This document shows positions 50,332 through 61,185 of a stretch of DNA of 64,000 nucleotides, one piece after another. Location: the NCBI GenBank assembly GCA_052327205.1, contig CM126206.1, positions 210,304,001 to 210,368,000 of the forward strand, in the 5' to 3' direction. The notes beneath the pieces were generated by a model that was not told the DNA's origin, ran no database searches, and saw only the letters and a program-made list of their open reading frames with translations. This DNA comes from Somniosus microcephalus. Its lineage: Eukaryota. The position numbers and the translations under genes are program-made. How positions within the stretch are numbered: the stretch's first letter is position 1; every line of letters starts with the position of its first letter.

Positions 50332-50800
50332 ATGCAAAAAGCGACATACTACGACAGCTCTGCAATTTTCGGTGGTTACACATACCAAGGAGCAAATGGT
50401 TTTAACTACAATGCCAGTCAGCAGCAATATCCGCCTTCGTCCCACGTGGAAAGCGACTATCATCGACCCGCCTGCTCTCTGCAGTCACCTGCTAGCACAG
50501 TCTCCCATCACAAACCCAACGATATCAATGAAAGTTGCATGCGAACCAGTGCCAGCCAACCGAGCCACCACCCAGTTATTGCAGAGCAACAGCAACAGAA
50601 GCAGCCACCACCTCCACCTCCACCACCTCCACCACCACCGTCTGTCTCACCACCCCAAAATACCAGCAGCAACTCGACCCAGTCCAGCACAAGCAAAAAC
50701 CCCACTCTTACCTCACAAACCACCATTAGTAAACAAATATTCCCCTGGATGAAAGAGTCGCGTCAAAACGCCAAGCAAAAAACCAGCAGTTCCAGTTCAG
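50332..50800 (+). CDS. hoxa3: HoxA3 coding exon 1 (join 50332..50800,52536..53308; 413 aa)
   Basis: [16 protein letters not shown]...[17 protein letters not shown] with a poly-Pro tract; donor CAG|GTATAT at 50801. Confidence 0.97.
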
Positions 50801-51088
50801 GTATATGGCGTCCTGTCTTACCTTTTGATTATCAATCGATATGTCATTGCTACAGTGGGTAAAGTTGCTAATGGAACTATTGGAACTGCATAGTGATCGC
50901 CCTCATCTCTATAATATACGAACAACTGAATAATTTCAAAAGTTGTGGAACCCTGTCCTAAAAATAATGTAGAGATCATTATCAAACAGTGATTAGGCAA
51001 GTAATCTATAAACATAAGCACTAATATTTCCTAAATGTAGGTTAGGCAATTTAAATACATATTATCTGGAAACAGTTGAGAGAGTGCA

Positions 51089-51247
51089 TCTCCCCCTCTC
51101 CCTCTTCCTCTCTCCCCTCTCTCTCCATCTCTCGCAATCCCCCATCTCTCTCTCCCCATCTCCCATCTCTCTCTTCCTCTCTCTCTCTCCCCTCTCTCTC
51201 TCTCTCCCCCTCTCTCCCACCCCTTTCTCTCACACACATACACACAT
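51089..51247. repeat. Imperfect (CT)n polypyrimidine tract followed by (CA)n in HoxA3 intron
   Basis: About 140 bp of nearly pure C/T, then CACACACATACACAC. Confidence 0.9.
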
Positions 51248-52535
51248 CCTCTACTCTAAATCCACATTTACCTAAATTATACCAGCTATATCTTAATAAG
51301 ATATAATACATATTTATATAACATATACATATAAATCTTCAGTGATGTGCCTATACACTACCTATGGATAGTTAACCATATCTTAAAGGGCCAGGTTTTG
51401 GGAGATGAACTGCATATTCTTCACCTAATTTTCAGTTTTAATGACCAGTGTATATATGGTTGGACTTGTACTGTCTAGTGTTTGTGTGCAACTATGGAAA
51501 TATATGCATGCACACAATTCTAATTGATAAAATAAAATAATAACTAGTGATAACCAGATTTGCAGACAACTGAACTGCTTGTACTAGTCAAAATGATTTG
51601 ATAATATTTAGATATCAGATTTGCATCTGTGGCTGCAACTGCAAATACACAAACATATACCTGTATTGACAGAAAAAGAGAGGGCTATATTTATAAAGAG
51701 CTTTGATAAATTATCTATAAACCATAAGAGCAGATGGTAACGTAACTCAAAATCACGATGAGTGGATTTGAATGATCGTTACTTGTATTTAACATATAAT
51801 AAAATATCTCTAGCCAAATGTCTTCCTAGCTATCACTCAATAGCTGGAAAACAATCTTTCTCATCGTGTTTGATACCATTGTGACATGAACAAGTGTAAT
51901 TCTTGGAATGGGGGAAGGGCACTGCAAAGTGGTTTGTTTGTATATTTGTATGTAAAATGGCTCCGGTAGCAAGAAATCGGTTTACATTTATAAATAATAC
52001 CCAAACATTATGATTAGATATGTCTATCTGTAGGTAATTCAATGTTATTGGCACGCATCGTGGTTTTTAAAAGGCTGTTCTACTGATTACATCTTGGGTC
52101 AAATTCGCACGTCGTTTCGGCACTACGGCTCAAAACTTAACCTTTTGATTGGAATTGTGCTTATAAAAATAAGGCGCTATAACTTTTAAACAATGTAATT
52201 TAAAGTGTAGTTTCAGATTTATTTTCAATGGTGCATTTTAATAAAAGACTACCTAGCTTTATCAAATGTACATTATTAGATTTTAATGATGGTTTATGTA
52301 TGGTTATGCCTCTATTACTAAGTATAATAATTCAGTAAAGGAGTAAAGATTGAGTATTTTTTGAGGGGTGGAGAATGAGCCATTAAGGTTTAAATAATAG
52401 GGGCTAATATGTCAACGTAACCTCTTGAGAATATATTAGAATAGGTCACAGAGATTTTTTTATATATATATCTGTTATATTTTCAACATCTACAATGCCT
52501 ATAAATAGATTAATCGTTGTTTTCATTATTTACAG

Positions 52536-53308
52536 TTGAAAGTTCTGCTGGTGAAAAAAGTCCTCCTGGTCCAGCCTCCAAGAGGGCACGCACAGCATAC
52601 ACCAGTGCCCAGCTCGTGGAACTGGAGAAGGAGTTTCACTTTAACCGCTACCTTTGCAGGCCCCGGAGGGTCGAAATGGCCAACCTGTTAAACCTCACTG
52701 AAAGACAGATTAAAATCTGGTTCCAGAATCGTAGAATGAAATACAAAAAGGATCAGAAAGCGAAAGGCATGCTAACTTCCTCTGGAGGACAGTCGCCCTG
52801 CAGAAGCCCCATCCCACCATCAGCTGCAGGAGGATATGCAAACTCGATGCATTCCTTGGCAACCAGTGCGCCATATGACCCCCACTCGCCTACGTCCTTT
52901 AGCAAACCTCATCAAAACGCCTATGCTATTCCTACGTCTTATCCCGGGCCCCTCAACAGTTGCCCGCCTCCACAGAAGAGGTATGCTGGGACGGCAGCTG
53001 TGACGCCTGAATATGACACGCACCCTCTTCAAGGCAATGGCGGCTATGGGACTCCTCATTTACAGGGTAGCCCAGTGTATGTTGGAGGGAACTTTGTGGA
53101 ATCCATGCCGAGCTCTGGGCCTTCCCTTTTCAGCCTAACTCACCTTGGCCATCCTCCCTCTGGAAACATGGACTACAATGGTGCAGGGCCAATGACCAGC
53201 AACCATCACCATGGACCTTGCGACCCACATCCCACATACACAGACCTTTCTTCGCACCATCCGTCTCAGGGAAGACTTCAGGAAGCGCCGAAACTGACTC
53301 ATCTGTAA
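52536..53308 (+). CDS. hoxa3: HoxA3 coding exon 2 (homeodomain and C-terminus)
   Basis: Acceptor TTTACAG|; [44 protein letters not shown]...QEAPKLTHL*. Confidence 0.97.
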
Positions 53309-53586
53309 TGGACCAGTTAGCTCCTGGTGGACTATCACTTTCTCATGCTTTTATGTCATGTTATCTATGATTACACTCCCTCTTCCCCCTCCCCTTTTTT
53401 GATTTAGTATCAACCTTTATAGTTTACATGTAATGTTGTACCTATCGACAACCAATCCTTGCTTGCATTGCTCTGTCTCTGGTTAGTGGTTGTTCTTTTC
53501 ATGGACTCCAGCCTTAGCATTCAGTAGTAGAAGTGAAGTACTAAGGCTTACAGAACTTTGCATATATAATCTTCTACTCTTATGGA

Positions 53587-53731
53587 ACAGGGTATATGAA
53601 CAAATTTTCTAAAATTACTTACACGTGAATTTGTTCGTGCTTTATTTTTCCTCGCGAGGAACAGTAAAATGGTTTATATTGCACTTCTTTACATTGAATG
53701 GTAAAACAAGATCAAAGCGCTTGTACAGGGT
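53587..53731 (+). promoter_or_regulatory. miR-10 target sites in HoxA3 3'UTR
   Basis: ACAGGGTA (8mer, 53587) and TACAGGGT (53724-53731), upstream of AATAAA at 54164. Confidence 0.7.
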
Positions 53732-56269
53732 CTCCCTGGGCAAATAAGTGTTCTTGTCCATCTTTCAGTATGTGTGTATGCTGGTGAACATTCAAATTTA
53801 TTTATTTGCTCTTGCAAAGGAGAATATTCTAAGTGTTTAAAATATTATTTATCCCCATCGACGCATATTTATAAAGAGAACTGTACATTGACTATTTACT
53901 TGGTTCTGTTCAGCCTTGTGTTTTAAGTCATGGTAAATATATGTTATTTTTAAATTCCTGTAAAATACACAGAAAAGTAGTTTTCTGTTAGTAATGTATT
54001 CATGAAAAACGCAATTCGGTCAATTGTGGGAATAACGCCAAGACAAAGGACTTAGTCTGTAACTGTAGTATTCTTAAAATGGAACACAAAATTGCTACAA
54101 TTTTGTTTTAGGTATGCATTCCATGCTGCAAATGAGATATCCGTTGAACAGCTAGTTCTGACGAATAAATTTTTTTTGTCAGCAATAATGTGTTACTTGT
54201 AGTGTTAACTCAGCTGAAACATATACACTGTTTTCTTCAAAAATATTTGCGAAAATGTAAACCGGTTCAGCAATACACAGCAAGCACACAGCTCTCTAGT
54301 CAGATTTCCTTTGTGTTGTGTGGCTACAACCAAGTACTTCAACCCCCACACTGTAACATCATCCATTATCATGTGGCTTGCATCTGTCTCCAATGCTCCA
54401 TTTATTGAGGCCGAAAAAGAAAAGGACTCATTTTCTCCCCCACGCAAGAAATGAAAAGATGTACAAGGAGGCATTACTGGCTTAATTTTATTTAATTATT
54501 AATAATGGTTTGTTTGATCAAGATACATATATCGTACATGTAAAAGGTACAGATATTGCATTGGATAAAAATATTTCACCAGCCAAGAGAAACATTGCTT
54601 TTGCCGCCTGGTCCGTTTTCCATATAATCCTGTATATGCAGAGAGAGGGGAAAAAAGAGAAAACGTCAGGATTCAAAAGGGCTTGGTATTAATAGTTTTA
54701 AATGAATATCTGATTTAGAAACACTACTGAAAAATATTTTTATAACTCTAGCTGCTGAATATACAAATTCCAGATATGTCACGATTCTAAAATAAAATAA
54801 AGACAATTTGAGGTGCATTTTTTATAATGAAACATCAGACATCAGTCATGTATCTTTGGATTCCGGTACTTTTTAATGCGTACGGCTCAACATCCAACCA
54901 TTTCAAACAAGGCACGAAAGAACCTTATTTAAAAAATATTGGCAGCATGTCCCTTACTTATATTAAAATGTGTTACGAATTTCAGATAAAATGTACTCCA
55001 CATTTGCTCTTTCACCAGTAAACTGTTCTGTTAAAACTACAAATTACGATGTAAAAATATTCAGCAATTCATCATTTACAAAGATTCCTTTTAATCCCAA
55101 TGACCAAATCTTTTTTAATACAGTGCGCATTTCCCGGGCCAACAAATAACACTCAAAAGTGAAAATATAGTGATAGTGTACCATTCCATTTGTACGATCG
55201 TTGCTTAACAATTTTCCCTTATGCAGATTATTGATTTCAAAAATAATATTTGAGACTAGATGGCATGGACATTCATTAATTTATTACGTAAAGATCAACT
55301 ATAGTTTTAGATAACCCATTACTACACTGCAAATTGTGCCCATAGGTTTCTTAAATTATGGAACAACTGGAAAAAGAAAACTTACACTTAATACGCAATT
55401 AAAAAAATGGAAATTAATTTCCATGTGGTAGAGCCTGAGCGCCGAGAAAGGAGACGCCATGTTGTCGGCATACTCGCTGTCAGAGCTTCCCAAAGGACAT
55501 GCTGTCTAATTTATCTTCCTATCCAAAATACATAGGAGACTTTCTTTACTCAGCTAGCAATGTTTTAAATGTGATACAATTAAAGTGCATATTGACGAAC
55601 TGAAAGATTCTACCTCAGCATAACATGGACTACATTACATCAACAAACTACCACAAAGCACAAGTTTTGTAAATTCAGATTGAACGAAATTATTTTGTGA
55701 GCTCTTACAAGCAGGGTCAACTTTTTTTTCTGTACAATGCATGCAAATGAATCTTTTTAACGAGAGCACGCTTTAAAAAGTCTGGTTTTAGACGTGATCC
55801 GAAAGATTGCTGTAATATTGCATAATGAAATATTAAAAAGTTATTTGACAAGTTTACTAGGTTTCCAAATATTAAATTGCAACGAAATATCCCGTAGAAG
55901 TGTAATATTTTACTCAATATTTATTACTTCCCTTAACTTATTTCAGAATGACGTTTCCAGTTTTGAATCAGCTTAAATGTCTGTTCTCAAAAACAATATA
56001 AAGCCACGTAATTACTCCCAGAACACAATCATGATTTACTCACAAAATAGTGACAATCTAACTGCCGCTTACTTATTTATATATAAACACCCCAGAACAT
56101 GATTTTCTTCAAGCCGTATGGGATGTAAAACTGAAGCATTCTCAGCGGGATATGTGTCTTTTCCCTAAATTTTCCAAGTAGCAAATGTATTAACAAAATC
56201 AACACTTTTATATCTTAAAATTATTTTCGGTTTCATTCCATTTTATGTATCTAACAAACTGAATCAAAT

Positions 56270-56770
56270 GCGCTTTGCTTTCGCCCACATGCCCTTGCAA
56301 CAGAAAGGCTGTGAAAATCTGCAGAACGCCAACACCTACACACATTTCACATACAAAAGCTCCATTTAATTGCAAAAAGGTCGTTCCATTTGTAGCTGAG
56401 CACCAAAACCTACAGTTCAAACTTAAAAGAGGGAAAGCTAGTATAACTGATTAACTGGTTTTATATTTTCTACGAACTCACCCTTTGCTGCGTTATCTAT
56501 CAGTAGCGTTGAATATGCTGTGATGATAAATAAAATATTTCCTGTAACTATTTAAAGTACCAACCAGGGTTCTCACTCTCTTACTGATGGTATTCGACAT
56601 TACAGAGAGAAGCTTTAAATGTGTTCTTGGGGGCCAGAAGCTGTCAGACCTTTTGCCGAACAAGATTGATAGCGCACATACTTCCTTACAGCTTTGTTTG
56701 CGGTATAAGCAAAACGGAGGCCTAGAAAACCACTACCATTTCCACCTTGCCCAGTTCAACAAAATCCCAC
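56270..56770. promoter_or_regulatory. Hoxa2 r3/r5 and neural crest enhancer region
   Basis: Krox20-like CGCCCACAT (56282) and CACCTACAC (56333); Meis CTGTCA (56641) with Pbx-Hox AGATTGATAG (56663); located 1.2-1.7 kb upstream of the ATG. Confidence 0.65.
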
Positions 56771-57042
56771 CACTTTACAATTCCTTGTTTGCGAAGGAGA
56801 ATTTTTCTAAGTGCTAATATATTTACTAACTACTGCATGGCCATAACGAATATAAGTGCATCGTGACTTTGCTTTCATCCGCCTCCCCCCCCCCCCCGCC
56901 CCCCGCGTTTCACAATTTAGATAGAAGTAATATTAATTTTTAAAAGGAAATCGAAATTTAAGTTTTTGAAAACAAACCTACAGTTTATTTTTTCGTCCCT
57001 ACCACGCAAGTTATTGTTTTATTAAAACCGTTTCGTTTTATT

Positions 57043-57106
57043 TATATATATATACATGTGTGTGTGTGTGTATATATATATATGTGTGTGTGTCTATGTA
57101 TGTGTG
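57043..57106. repeat. Compound (TA)n/(TG)n microsatellite
   Basis: Seen directly. Confidence 0.85.
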
Positions 57107-57714
57107 TTTTAAACGCAGTAATCTATTATCACGCGCAGTTAATCTTTAGACACTACAAATTTCACAAAACACAAGAGATTACAATACCTTCAGTGATACG
57201 CCTTTTACGTTTTTCGTTGGTCATAAACGACTATAAAAATAATGTAATGTAGTATCCAGAATCACCACCACATCGACCTCCTGCTTGAATTATAGTCTCC
57301 ATACAGCACAATAATCAAAGAATATCCAGTACTGTACAAATATAATAATAGGGGACCGAACTCCCAACGAAAACATGAAGCAAATGGCTGTAGCTTCGCC
57401 TTGTGTAACTTCTTATGTGGCTGGGTTCTGGGGTCCAGTGTCAAAACTTTGAAGATTAATGGATTACTTTGTTAATGACTCTAGGCGTCAGATTTAGGTG
57501 CAAGATGATTTGTGAGGTGCAAGTCGTCTTCGTGACAGTCGGTAACACAGAGAGAAAGAGAAGCCAGCAAGTGTGCAGGAGTCAGAGAGGGAGAGAGAAA
57601 GAAACAGGCAAGGCTGAATGAACTGATTTCCACGAGATTTAAAACAAAAATCTTTTACACATTTATTATGGGAAGATGGATCAAAAAGTGGAAATCAAAA
57701 CACTGCTGGCCCAG

Positions 57715-57995
57715 AATGAGGCGTTCCTCTCCGACTTTTTGGATCAATCACATAGACAGTGCCTTCTTTTGATTAAACCCCAAATTGTCATTGGGCAGAC
57801 GCAATCATGTGACAGCGAATTCGGTCCAATTTCAACCTTGTCTCCATGAATTCAATAGTTTAATAGTAGCACGGTCCCCATACGGCTGTAATCAGTGAAT
57901 TAGAAAAAAACCAGCAGCGATATTTATTATTTTTTTAACGGGCCAAAAAATAACTAACACCTAACTTTCTCCCCCTACGTTCTGTGGAGACGGCA
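57715..57995 (+). promoter_or_regulatory. HoxA2 conserved promoter/5'UTR
   Basis: GGATCAATCA (Pbx-Hox), CATTGG, CATGTGACAG, CCAAT and CCCCATACGGCTGTAATCAGTGAATTAG. Confidence 0.8.
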
Positions 57996-58347
57996 ATGAA
58001 TTACGAATTTGAACGAGAAATTGGTTTTATCAATAGTCAGCCGTCGCTTGCTGAGTGCCTGACATCTTTTCCCCCTGTCGGTGATACATTTCAAAGTTCA
58101 TCAATCAAGAACTCGACGCTTTCACACTCGACAGTGATTCCTCCTCCTTTTGAGCAAACCATCCCCAGCCTGAATCCCAGCAGTCACCCTCGCCAAAGTC
58201 GGCCAAAACAGAGCCCAAATGGCACAAGCCCTTTACCAGCCGCGACTCTACCTCCGGAATACCCCTGGATGAAAGAGAAAAAAAACTCCAAGAAGAATCA
58301 CCTGCCTGCTTCTTCTGGACCCGCAGCATCCTGTCTTTCCCAGAAAG
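57996..58347 (+). CDS. hoxa2: HoxA2 coding exon 1 (join 57996..58347,58860..59599; 363 aa)
   Basis: [28 protein letters not shown]...[10 protein letters not shown]; donor AAG|GTCAGC at 58348. Contains the exonic Pbx-Hox element TCATCAATCA (58098-58107). Confidence 0.97.
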
Positions 58348-58484
58348 GTCAGCTCAAAGACGTTTCAGTTCTAATTATTGTCTTAACTTAGTCTCGCTTA
58401 TTTGCATGAATTGTTTAATCAGTTTTATTTTTGCTGCTAGTTAATAATTAAGAGATTGAAACACTTTCGCCGACTTATTTAATG

Positions 58485-58620
58485 GAGGATGATTTATTTG
58501 CCGAGCTAGTCAGAAAATGACCTTCTGTGCTCTCCCCATCCCAGAGTTTTGATATTTGACAGTAATGAAGAGTGATAGATGAGCGCACTTTCATGGTAAA
58601 GCAGCTGATGCAGAGATCAC
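58485..58620. promoter_or_regulatory. Hoxa2 intronic rhombomere-4 enhancer
   Basis: TGATTTATTT (58490), TGACAG (58557), TGATAGATGA (58573) and TGATGCAG: the Pbx-Hox/Prep-Meis arrangement known for this enhancer. Confidence 0.75.
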
Positions 58621-58859
58621 CAAATGTGGAAATGCTGTTGCAAACTTTGTTGCAAGATTAGGCTTTGGTGCATGTGTATTTTGTAATATCTTTAATATTT
58701 TAGCAAGTGGCAGACGCCACAGCCGCAGACATTGAAACAATGGGTTTACTGCATTCAGGCGGCCATTTTGTTGCAGTGGATGGTCTATATTTTATCTAAT
58801 TTTGGTTCAAGTGACTGTAAACTGTTTTATTATTGTTATTCACTTCCATTTATTTGTAG

Positions 58860-59599
58860 AAACTCATGAAATTCCGGATAATACAGGTGGGGGGTCGCGG
58901 AGGTTAAGGACAGCTTATACAAACACACAGCTTTTGGAGCTGGAAAAAGAATTTCACTTCAACAAGTATCTGTGTCGACCCAGACGGGTGGAGATTGCAG
59001 CTTTGCTTGATTTAACTGAAAGACAAGTGAAAGTGTGGTTTCAAAACAGACGTATGAAGCACAAAAGACAGACCCAGTGCAAAGAAAACCAAAACGGCGA
59101 TGGCAAATTTAAGAATTTGGAGGACAGTGGGCAGACTGAAGATGACGAGGAGAAGTCACTCTTTGAGCAAGGCATCAACAATGTTACAGGCGCTCTCTTG
59201 GACAGGGAAGGCTATACTTTTCAAACCAATGCACTGACTCAACAGCAGGCCCAGAATTTACACAATGGAGAATCCCAAAGTTTCCCAGTTTCGCCTTTAC
59301 CCAGCAATGAGAAAAATCTAAAACATTTTCATCAGCAGTCACCCACTGTTCAAAACTGCCTGTCAACAATGGCCCAGAACTGTGCAGCTGGCTTGAACAA
59401 TGACAGTCCAGAGGCCCTTGATGTCCCTTCTTTACAGGATTTTAACGTGTTTTCCACAGAATCCTGCTTACAGCTTTCAGATGGAGTATCGCCCAGTTTA
59501 CCAGGGTCCCTCGACAGCCCTGTGGATCTTTCTGCTGACAGTTTTGACTTTTTTACGGATACTCTAACCACAATCGATTTGCAGCATTTGAACTACTAA
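58860..59599 (+). CDS. hoxa2: HoxA2 coding exon 2 (homeodomain and C-terminus)
   Basis: Acceptor TTTGTAG|; [59 protein letters not shown]...TIDLQHLNY*. Confidence 0.97.
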
Positions 59600-59998
59600 C
59601 TGCAAAGTCGCTGTGAGCAGAATATGCCTTCTTTTAAATTCGTTTTCTTTCCTTCAGTTCCTTTCAAATGGTCAGTATTTTTTCCTTTTAATTAACTTGA
59701 ATGTGTTCGAGGCCCATCTATAATTGCAAAAGTTCGTTATTATCTTTGGACTAATGCCCCTTCTTTCATAACTCGTCATCCAGCAATATATGGGTCCCTC
59801 GCGAAAATTATTGCATAGAAATCGACAAATCTCTACTTTTCCCTCTTTTACTTTTGTATTATTTTAGGGTGCATTGTCATAAATAATTTGATAGAGCAAA
59901 GTATTATACGCTACAGGTAGCCATCCTGAAGCATTTCTCTCTCAGGACTATTTTCACTTGATAGATATCCTTTGATTTCTTTTTGACATAAATTCATT

Positions 59999-60004
59999 AA
60001 TAAA
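59999..60004 (+). terminator. Probable HoxA2 polyadenylation signal
   Basis: First AATAAA 400 nt after the stop; further copies occur near 60066 and 60112. Confidence 0.5.
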
Positions 60005-61087
60005 ATTGAACAGTCTGGTCAGTCTCGTTCTTTACATTTTTCATAACAGCATTTATTGAACGAAGAATAAAAGAATCCAGGATCTTTATTGTATAACTCT
60101 ACAGAAACAACAATAAAACTGGGTTTGAAAACTTTGCTCGAAACTGTTTGTGACACAGATCCAGGCACTAGGAAAATCTATTAATATTGCGTTTATTAAA
60201 TTATACAAAATATGTGGTGCTACATTTTAACATTAACACTTTCATAACCTGAACAAAAGCAAAAAGAATACCATATATAGAAATTAATAATTTTTCGCAG
60301 AAAAATCTTCTTAAGTTCACACTCATGGACACTTCTGCCACCACTCAGAAAATCTAGGAAAGAAGGAAAAAAGTTTAGTAGTGTCCATGTCCATGTGTGT
60401 TACTAAACAAACCTCTTTATTTATTGATGTCATAACTAATCTTTAACGCTGATTCCTCTATTCCTTATCTCGCTTGCTGCCAGTCATCATCAGCAATATA
60501 AATTCGCATATGTTTTACTGCGCCAAGCGCCGTTTAACCTGCTATTTAAAAAAAAACTGGTGTTAAGGCACTCACGCATTACCACGCAGTTTATTATTTT
60601 ACTAATAAATCGTACATTAGAAATTTAATATCGAAAACGGATTTTATTCAATTAGAATCACAACTTCATTTTAAGAAAAAAGAGTGCGCTTCGGGAGAGC
60701 GCCGGCGCAGCGCTTTAAAAAAATCTATTCAGCACAAATGTTTAATTTGTTACATCCTTCTTTTTGAAAAAGCCTTCAGAAAACATGATCTGAAATCTTG
60801 GCCCACATTTTATAAAAACACAACGCATATTCTGGTTTGTTATTACGTTAGTATTTGTATAAATAAAACAACAGCTGTAGGAATGCATCTTCATTGTGCA
60901 CTAGGATTTTTAGGCAACCATTCTTTTTTTGTTTTAACCCTCCTGTAACACCCCCTCTCCCTCCACGCCCCCTCCCCCGAACAGCTTGTTCCAACGCTTA
61001 TTTCGATTCAACAGAAACTTTCAATATTAGCCGCGGTGCATTATATGTTGGTGTTGCGGTCTGAAACACGTTGGGCTTTTGCGTAAG

Positions 61088-61185
61088 CAATGACAGGACC
61101 GGCTCTGGAGGTAATTCTTCCTAAACTCATAAATCAAAGCCCTTTTATGAATGAGAATGTCATCAAATGGATCAATCGCAGCAGC
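61088..61185. promoter_or_regulatory. TALE-Hox site cluster between HoxA2 and HoxA1
   Basis: TGACAG (61091), TCATAAATCA (61127), TTTTATGA, TGTCA (61158) and GGATCAATCG (61169). Confidence 0.5.

Noticed and set aside
51031-51311. Arg/Glu/Gly-rich and Ser/Leu/Pro-rich ORFs
   Set aside because: Translations of the CT microsatellite.
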